A stretch of 64,000 bases of DNA. Source: Anaeromyxobacteraceae bacterium. Lineage in GTDB: Bacteria > Myxococcota > Myxococcia > Myxococcales > Anaeromyxobacteraceae. The position numbers and the translations under genes were made by a program. Under the pieces are notes generated by a model that saw nothing but the letters and a program-made list of their open reading frames with translations, did no database searches and was not told where the DNA came from. The stretch spans positions 3,392,001-3,456,000 of the forward strand of contig JASGHJ010000002.1 of assembly GCA_047602405.1 (NCBI GenBank), in the 5' to 3' direction. Position 1 is the stretch's first letter, and the number at the start of each line of letters is the position of its first letter. Shown here one piece after another: positions 57,390 to 64,000 of this stretch.

Positions 57390-57953
57390 CTACATGAACC
57401 CGAGCTGCAGCTTCGCGGCCTCGCTCATGCGGCTCGGGTCCCAGGGCGGGTCGAACACGAGCTCGACCTCGGCGTCCTTCACGCCGGGCACGCCGAGGAC
57501 CTTGCGGCGCACGTCGTCGACGAGCACGGGGCCGATGCCGCAGCCGGGGGCGGTGAGCGTCATCGTGATGCGGATGGCGTGGCCGCCGTCGACCGGGAGC
57601 GCGTCGACCCCGTAGACGAGGCCGAGCTCGACGATGGACGCCGGGATCTCCGGGTCGTAGACGTCGCCGAGCGCGTCCCAGACCTTCTTCTCCTCGAACG
57701 GGCCGGCGGCGGCGGCGGCGCGGGCGGCCTCGAACTTCGCGGCCTCGGCCTCGAACTCGGGGCCGAGCGCGCCGGCGTCGGTGCCGTCGATGCGCATGAG
57801 GCCGCCGCGGTCGTTCATGACCGTGAACTGGCCACCGAGCACCTGCTGGACGACGACCCAGGTCCCCGCCGGCACGAGCACGCGCTCGCCGCTCGGCACG
57901 AGGACCGCCTCGGCGTCCTTGAGGGTGACGACTGGGGTGCGGTTGTGGGCCAT
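57390..57953 (-). CDS. sufT: Fe-S assembly protein SufT (long form)
   Basis: VYDPEIP, MTLTAPGCG and FDPPWDPSRMSEAAKLQLG. Confidence 0.92.
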   Translation of the reverse strand: MAHNRTPVVTLKDAEAVLVPSGERVLVPAGTWVVVQQVLGGQFTVMNDRGGLMRIDGTDAGALGPEFEAEAAKFEAARAAAAAGPFEEKKVWDALGDVYDPEIPASIVELGLVYGVDALPVDGGHAIRITMTLTAPGCGIGPVLVDDVRRKVLGVPGVKDAEVELVFDPPWDPSRMSEAAKLQLGFM

Positions 57954-57982
57954 CGTTCGCTGTCCGTCCGTTCTTCCTCGAG

Positions 57983-58435
57983 CTACTCCGTCGACACCGG
58001 ACCCTGCAGGCCGTGGATCGCCTGGCGCAGCGTGTGCCACGCGAGGCTGGCGCACTTCACGCGGGTCGGGAACTCGTGCACGCCGCCGAACACGGCGAGC
58101 TTCCCGAGCGAGTCGGCGTCCGTGCCGGCGCCGCCCTCGGTCACGAGCTTGTGGAACCGCTCGAAGAGCGCGTCGACCTCGGCCGGCGCGAGCCCCTTCA
58201 CGGCGCCGGTCATCACCGAGGCCGAGGCCTTCGAGATGGCGCAGCCCGAGCCCTCGAACTTGATCTCGGCGACCTTGCCGTCGGGGCCGACGCGGGCGTG
58301 CACGGTGAGGTGATCGCCGCACAGCGGGTTCAGCCCCTCGGCGTGGTGCGTGGCGCCCTCGAGCGGCCCGAAGTTCCGCGGGCGCTTCCCGTGCTCGAGG
58401 ATCACCTCCTGGTACAGGTCGGTGAGCTCGCTCAT
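57983..58435 (-). CDS. sufU: SUF-system NifU/SufU scaffold
   Basis: LYQEVILEH, NPLCGD, GCAISKAS and RVKCA. Confidence 0.93.
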   Translation of the reverse strand: MSELTDLYQEVILEHGKRPRNFGPLEGATHHAEGLNPLCGDHLTVHARVGPDGKVAEIKFEGSGCAISKASASVMTGAVKGLAPAEVDALFERFHKLVTEGGAGTDADSLGKLAVFGGVHEFPTRVKCASLAWHTLRQAIHGLQGPVSTE

Positions 58436-59697
58436 GCGAAGATCTCCCGCACGGTCGCGACCCCGCGCACGAGCGCGTCCACGTCGGCCTCGGTGTTGTA
58501 GAGGCCGAAGGAGGCGCGGGCGGTCGCCGGGACGCCGAGCCGCTTCATGAGCGGCTGCGCGCAGTGGTGCCCGGCGCGCACCGCCACGCCCTCGCGGTCG
58601 AGGATCGTGCCGATGTCGTGCGGGTGCACGTCGCCGACGAGGAACGAGAGCGCCCCCGCGCGCGCCCGGGGCGCGCCGATGACCCGGACGTCCTTCTCGG
58701 CCCGGAGCGCCGCCACGCAGCGCTCGAGCAGCGCGTGCTCGTGCGCCGCCACCGCCGCGAGGCCGACCTTCTCGAGGTAGTCGGCGGCCGCCGCGAGCCC
58801 GACCGCGCCCGCGATGTGCGGCGTCCCGGCCTCGAGCTTGTGCGGGAGCGCCGCCCAGGTCGAGCCCTCGAACGCGACGGTGCGGATCATGTCACCGCCG
58901 CCCTGCCACGGCCCCATCGCCTCGAGGTGCTCGCGCTTCCCCCACAGGACGCCGATGCCGGTCGGCGCGTACATCTTGTGGCCGCTGAGCGCGTAGAAGT
59001 CGGCGCCGAGCCTCGTGACGTCGACGGCGAGGTGCGGCGCGGCCTGCGCGCCGTCGACCATCACCGGGACGCCCCTCGCGTGCGCGCGGCGGACGAGCTC
59101 CTCGACCGGGTTCACGGTGCCGAGCGCGTTCGAGACGTGCCCGACCGAGAGCATCCGGGTTCGCGGCCCGAGCAGGCGATCGAACGCCTCGAGGTCGAGG
59201 TCGCCCGCGTCGCTCATGGGCACCGGCACCACCTTCGCGCCCTTCTCGGCGGCGGCGAGCTGCCAGGGGACGATGTTCGAGTGGTGCTCGAGCACGGTGA
59301 GGAGGATCTCGTCGCCGGCCTGGAGCCTCGGCTTCAGGAACGCGTGCGCGACGAGGTTCACCGCCTCGGTCGTGCCGCGCACGAAGATGATCTCGGCGGG
59401 GTCCGGCGTGCCGAGGAACTTCCCCATCCGCCTGCGCGCGCCCTCGTAGGCCTTCGTCGCGAGCTCGGAGAGGAGGTGCACGCCGCGGTGCACGTTCGCG
59501 TTCTCCTCCTCGTAGTACCGGCGGACGGCGTCGATGACCTGACGCGGCTTCTGGGTGGTGGCCGCGTTGTCCAGGTAGACGAGCGGCTTGCCGTGCACCG
59601 CGCGGGCGAGGATCGGGAAGTCCTCTCGCAGCCGGGTGGCGTCGAGCCGCGGGGCGACCGGCGTGAGCGGCGCGGTGGTGGAGACGTCCGGGCTCAC
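58432..59697 (-). CDS. sufS: Cysteine desulfurase
   Basis: [25 protein letters not shown] and RAGHHCAQP. Confidence 0.95.
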   Translation of the reverse strand: MSPDVSTTAPLTPVAPRLDATRLREDFPILARAVHGKPLVYLDNAATTQKPRQVIDAVRRYYEEENANVHRGVHLLSELATKAYEGARRRMGKFLGTPDPAEIIFVRGTTEAVNLVAHAFLKPRLQAGDEILLTVLEHHSNIVPWQLAAAEKGAKVVPVPMSDAGDLDLEAFDRLLGPRTRMLSVGHVSNALGTVNPVEELVRRAHARGVPVMVDGAQAAPHLAVDVTRLGADFYALSGHKMYAPTGIGVLWGKREHLEAMGPWQGGGDMIRTVAFEGSTWAALPHKLEAGTPHIAGAVGLAAAADYLEKVGLAAVAAHEHALLERCVAALRAEKDVRVIGAPRARAGALSFLVGDVHPHDIGTILDREGVAVRAGHHCAQPLMKRLGVPATARASFGLYNTEADVDALVRGVATVREIFA

Positions 59698-60992
59698 GCG
59701 GCCTCCAGCAGCGCCGAGCCGGCCGGGAGCCTGGCCGCGACGAGGCGGGTGGCGCTGTGGCGCAGGCGCGCGTCCGAGATCTTGCCGACCATCTCGCTCG
59801 CGAACGCCCAGACGAGCAGCGCCTGGGCCTCCGCCTCCCCCAGCCCGCGCGAGCGCAGGTAGAAGAGGGCGGCCTCGTCGAGCTGGCCGACCGTGCCGCC
59901 GTGGCCGCACTTCACGTCGTCGGCGAAGATCTCGAGCTGCGGCTTCGTGTCGACGACGGCGTCGTCGGACAGGAGCAGGTTCGAGTTCATCTGGTACGCC
60001 TGCGTCTTCTGCGCGTTCGGCTGCACGACGATGCGGCCCGAGAAGACGCCGCGCGCCTTGCCGTCGAGGATGCCCTTGTAGGTCTCGGCGGTGGTGCAGC
60101 GCGGGACGGCGTGCTCGACCCAGGAGAAGTTGTCGACGAGCTGCGCGCCGTCGGCCATGTACAGGCCGTTCGCGGCGACGGCGGCGCCCTCCCCCGCGAG
60201 CCGGGTGCGGAGCTCCGAGCGGGAGAGCCGCCCGCCGAGCGAGAACGCGTGCGCCGACAGGCTCGCCCCGGCGGCCTGCTCGGCCGCGACGACCCCGACG
60301 TGGAACGCGCCGGGCGCCTCGACCTGCAGGCGCAGGTGCTCCACCTTCGCGCCCTCGCCGAGCATGAGCTCGGTGACGGCGCCGGTGAGGTACGCCGCGG
60401 CGCCGGCGCCGAGGAAGAGCTCCTCGACCGCCGCCTCGGCGCCCGCCCCGGCGACGACGAGCGTGCGCGGGAAGCTCGCGACGGGCGCGGCCTCGGGCGC
60501 GGTCACGTGGACGAGCGCGATCGCGCCGGACTTCACCCCGGGCGGCAGGTACACGAACGCGCCGTCGTCGAAGAGCGCGGTGTTGGCCGCGACGAAGGCG
60601 TGGCCGTCGGCGAGCGCGAGCCGGCCGAGGTGCGGCTTCACCTTCTCGGGCGCCTGCTTCAGGGCGTCGGCGAGCGTGGTCGCGAGCGCGCCCGCGGGCA
60701 GCCCGGCGGTGGACGAGAGGTCCGGTCGCAGGCGGCCGTTCACGAAGACGAGCCGGGGTCCGTCGGCGGCCGGGAGCGCCGCGACGGCGCCCTCGACCGG
60801 CGCCGGCCGGGCGAAGCGCTCCGCGGTGAGCGCGGAGAGGCTCGTGAAGCGCCAGTCCTCGAGCTTCTGCGTCGGGAGGCCGAGCGCCTCGAGCCGGCCC
60901 AGCGCCGCCTTCCGCGCGTCGGCGAGCCACGCGGGCTCGCCCGGCCGCGCGGCGTAGGCCGCGACGAGGCTCTGGTGCGCGGGGGTGGTCAC
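59694..60992 (-). CDS. sufD: Fe-S cluster assembly protein SufD
   Basis: [28 protein letters not shown] and LFYLRSRG. Confidence 0.93.
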   Translation of the reverse strand: MTTPAHQSLVAAYAARPGEPAWLADARKAALGRLEALGLPTQKLEDWRFTSLSALTAERFARPAPVEGAVAALPAADGPRLVFVNGRLRPDLSSTAGLPAGALATTLADALKQAPEKVKPHLGRLALADGHAFVAANTALFDDGAFVYLPPGVKSGAIALVHVTAPEAAPVASFPRTLVVAGAGAEAAVEELFLGAGAAAYLTGAVTELMLGEGAKVEHLRLQVEAPGAFHVGVVAAEQAAGASLSAHAFSLGGRLSRSELRTRLAGEGAAVAANGLYMADGAQLVDNFSWVEHAVPRCTTAETYKGILDGKARGVFSGRIVVQPNAQKTQAYQMNSNLLLSDDAVVDTKPQLEIFADDVKCGHGGTVGQLDEAALFYLRSRGLGEAEAQALLVWAFASEMVGKISDARLRHSATRLVAARLPAGSALLEAA

Positions 60993-61795
60993 GGCCGCGC
61001 TGCCTTCCCGCCGGCTGCGACCTCGGGCGTCTGCCCGGCGACCCAGGCGTAGCCTGTCTTCTCGAGCTCCTCCGCCATCTCCGGCCCGCCGGAGCGGACG
61101 ATCCTGCCGGCCGCCATCACGTGCACGTGGTCGGGCGGGATGTACTCGAGGAGCCGCTTGTAGTGGGTGACGAGCAGGATGGCGCGGTCGGAGCGGCGGA
61201 GCGCGTTCACGCCCTTCGCGACGACGCGGAGCGCGTCGATGTCGAGGCCGGAGTCGATCTCGTCGAGGATCGCGAGGCGGGGCTCGAGCACCGCCATCTG
61301 GAAGACCTCGTTGCGCTTTTTCTCGCCGCCGGAGAAGCCCTCGTTGACCGAGCGGCTGCCGAAGGCCGGGTCGAGCTCGACGAGCTTCATCTTCTCCTTG
61401 GCGAGGGAGAGGAAGTCCATCGCGTCGAGCTCCTCCTCGCCGCGCGCGCGGCGGACGGCGTTGAGCGCGGTGCGGAGGAAGAAGAGGTTGCCGACGCCCG
61501 GGATCTCCACCGGGTACTGGAAGCCCAGGAACACGCCCTTCGCGGCGCGCGCCTCGGGCGCGAGCGCGAGGAGGTCCTCGCCGAGGTAGGTGGCCTTGCC
61601 GCCGGTGACCTCGTAGTTGGGCCGCCCCGCGAGCACGCTCGCGAGCGTCGACTTGCCGGAGCCGTTCGGCCCCATGATCGCGTGCACCTCGCCCGGCCGG
61701 AGCACGAGGTTCACACCCTTCAGGATGTCCTTCTCGCCGATGCGGGCGGTGAGCCCCGCGACCTCGAGCAGCGTCTGCTTCGCGTCCGTCGTCAT
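60989..61795 (-). CDS. sufC: Fe-S cluster assembly ATPase SufC
   Basis: [19 protein letters not shown] and [12 protein letters not shown]. Confidence 0.96.
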   Translation of the reverse strand: MTTDAKQTLLEVAGLTARIGEKDILKGVNLVLRPGEVHAIMGPNGSGKSTLASVLAGRPNYEVTGGKATYLGEDLLALAPEARAAKGVFLGFQYPVEIPGVGNLFFLRTALNAVRRARGEEELDAMDFLSLAKEKMKLVELDPAFGSRSVNEGFSGGEKKRNEVFQMAVLEPRLAILDEIDSGLDIDALRVVAKGVNALRRSDRAILLVTHYKRLLEYIPPDHVHVMAAGRIVRSGGPEMAEELEKTGYAWVAGQTPEVAAGGKAARP

Positions 61796-61801
61796 CCGTG
61801 A

Positions 61802-63238
<1,437 letters not shown>

Positions 63239-63242
<4 letters not shown>

Positions 63243-63727
63243 GACGGTGCTCCGATGCGGACGAGCGGGGGATCGGTGGGCGAGGGCGCGGCGGCCTCGC
63301 CGGCGGCGGTGGTGCCGTCGCCGGCGCGGTAGGGCGCGAGCGCGGCGAGCGAGAGGCCCGCGAGCGCGCCGTGTACGGCGCGCGTGACCGGGTCCCAGCT
63401 CGCCTTGGCCGGACAGGTCTGCTCGATGTCGCACGCGGCGTGGCCGGGGGTGGAGCAGTCGGTGAAGCCGATGGGCCCCTCGAGGGCCTCCACGATCTCG
63501 GCGACGCTGATCTGCTCGGCGGGGCGGGCGAGGCCGTAGCCGCCCCGCCGGCCGCGGGTCGAGGTGACGAGCCCGGCCCGGGAGAGGGCCTTCGCGAGCT
63601 TCGACACCGTGGGCTGGGGCACCCGCGACCGCGCCGAGAGCTCCTGGGCGGTGAGCGTCCCCTCGCTCCGCGCGAGGTGCGCGAGGAGCACGATGGCGTA
63701 GTCGGTGAGCCTCGACATCCGGATCAT
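63239..63727 (-). CDS. Rrf2-family SUF system regulator
   Basis: [20 protein letters not shown] and [13 protein letters not shown]; first gene of the suf operon. Confidence 0.92.
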
Positions 63728-63769
63728 GGCTGAGCTCGGACGACCCGGCCGAAAGCTTCGTGGACGCTT

Positions 63770-63815
63770 CCGGTCCGGATTCGGCGCCGAATGTAAACGG
63801 AACCGGTCCGGATTA
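63770..63815 (-). promoter_or_regulatory. Direct repeat upstream of the suf operon, candidate Rrf2 operator
   Basis: CCGGTCCGGATT occurs twice (about 63770 and 63803), flanking the palindrome ATTCGGCGCCGAAT. Confidence 0.5.
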
Positions 63816-63855
63816 CCAGCGGGGTTGAGACCCTCACCCGGCTAACCCTTTCGGG

Positions 63856-64000
63856 CTAACCAGGCTCGACCGCCGCCCGGACGAGCGGCCCGTCGACCGC
63901 CTCGCCGTCGACCTCGGCGTAGAGGTGCCCCTCCACGAAGGTGAGGGTCGCCTTCACCCTCCGTTGATCGTGCGCGGCGAGCGCGCGGAGGAGCTCCGGC
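63856..64000 (-). CDS. C-terminal fragment of a probable YaeQ-family protein
   Basis: PELLRALAAHDQRRVKATLTFVEGHLYAEVDGEAVDG..stop; only 47 aa are visible. Confidence 0.45.
   Translation of the reverse strand, partial: PELLRALAAHDQRRVKATLTFVEGHLYAEVDGEAVDGPLVRAAVEPG

Overview
This is a very GC-rich window from a myxobacterium (Myxococcota, most likely Anaeromyxobacter-like). The assignment rests on a MYXO-CTERM motif, Myxococcales-type ECF sigma factor/Ser-Thr kinase modules, a double-CXXCG immunity gene and the REP-like repeats. Housekeeping content includes cspA, sdaA, a uraA-like permease with a Tsx-like porin, kynA, an IMPDH/GMPR-family gene, osmC and a complete Rrf2-sufBCDSUT operon. Accessory content has four main parts. 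(1) A lower-GC 3.5-kb island (about 8.85-12.4 kb) holds two convergent, headless Rhs-core toxin/immunity cassettes. Each starts at an identical 24-bp palindromic site (9-bp arms, 6-bp asymmetric spacer), and related sites mark the inner cassette ends. (2) A duplicated 'ECF sigma factor + ~60-aa single-TM microprotein' unit brackets a Ser/Thr kinase and a lower-GC cargo gene. (3) A 2177-aa lipoprotein carries 15 Ig-like repeats, Cys-rich repeats, an internal MYXO-CTERM, a second signal peptide, a beta-barrel and an OmpA domain (TraA+TraB/AgmC-like polyprotein). (4) Two VapBC-type toxin-antitoxin pairs have palindromic operators. About eight genes carry single-base frameshifts, mostly at GATC, AGCT or GCWGC, which points to long-read consensus errors rather than true pseudogenes. 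These errors hide an ATP-grasp gene from the ORF track and create false fusions. I saw no CRISPR array, rRNA, tRNA, transposase or integrase. All family assignments come from motif recognition by eye; no database search was run.
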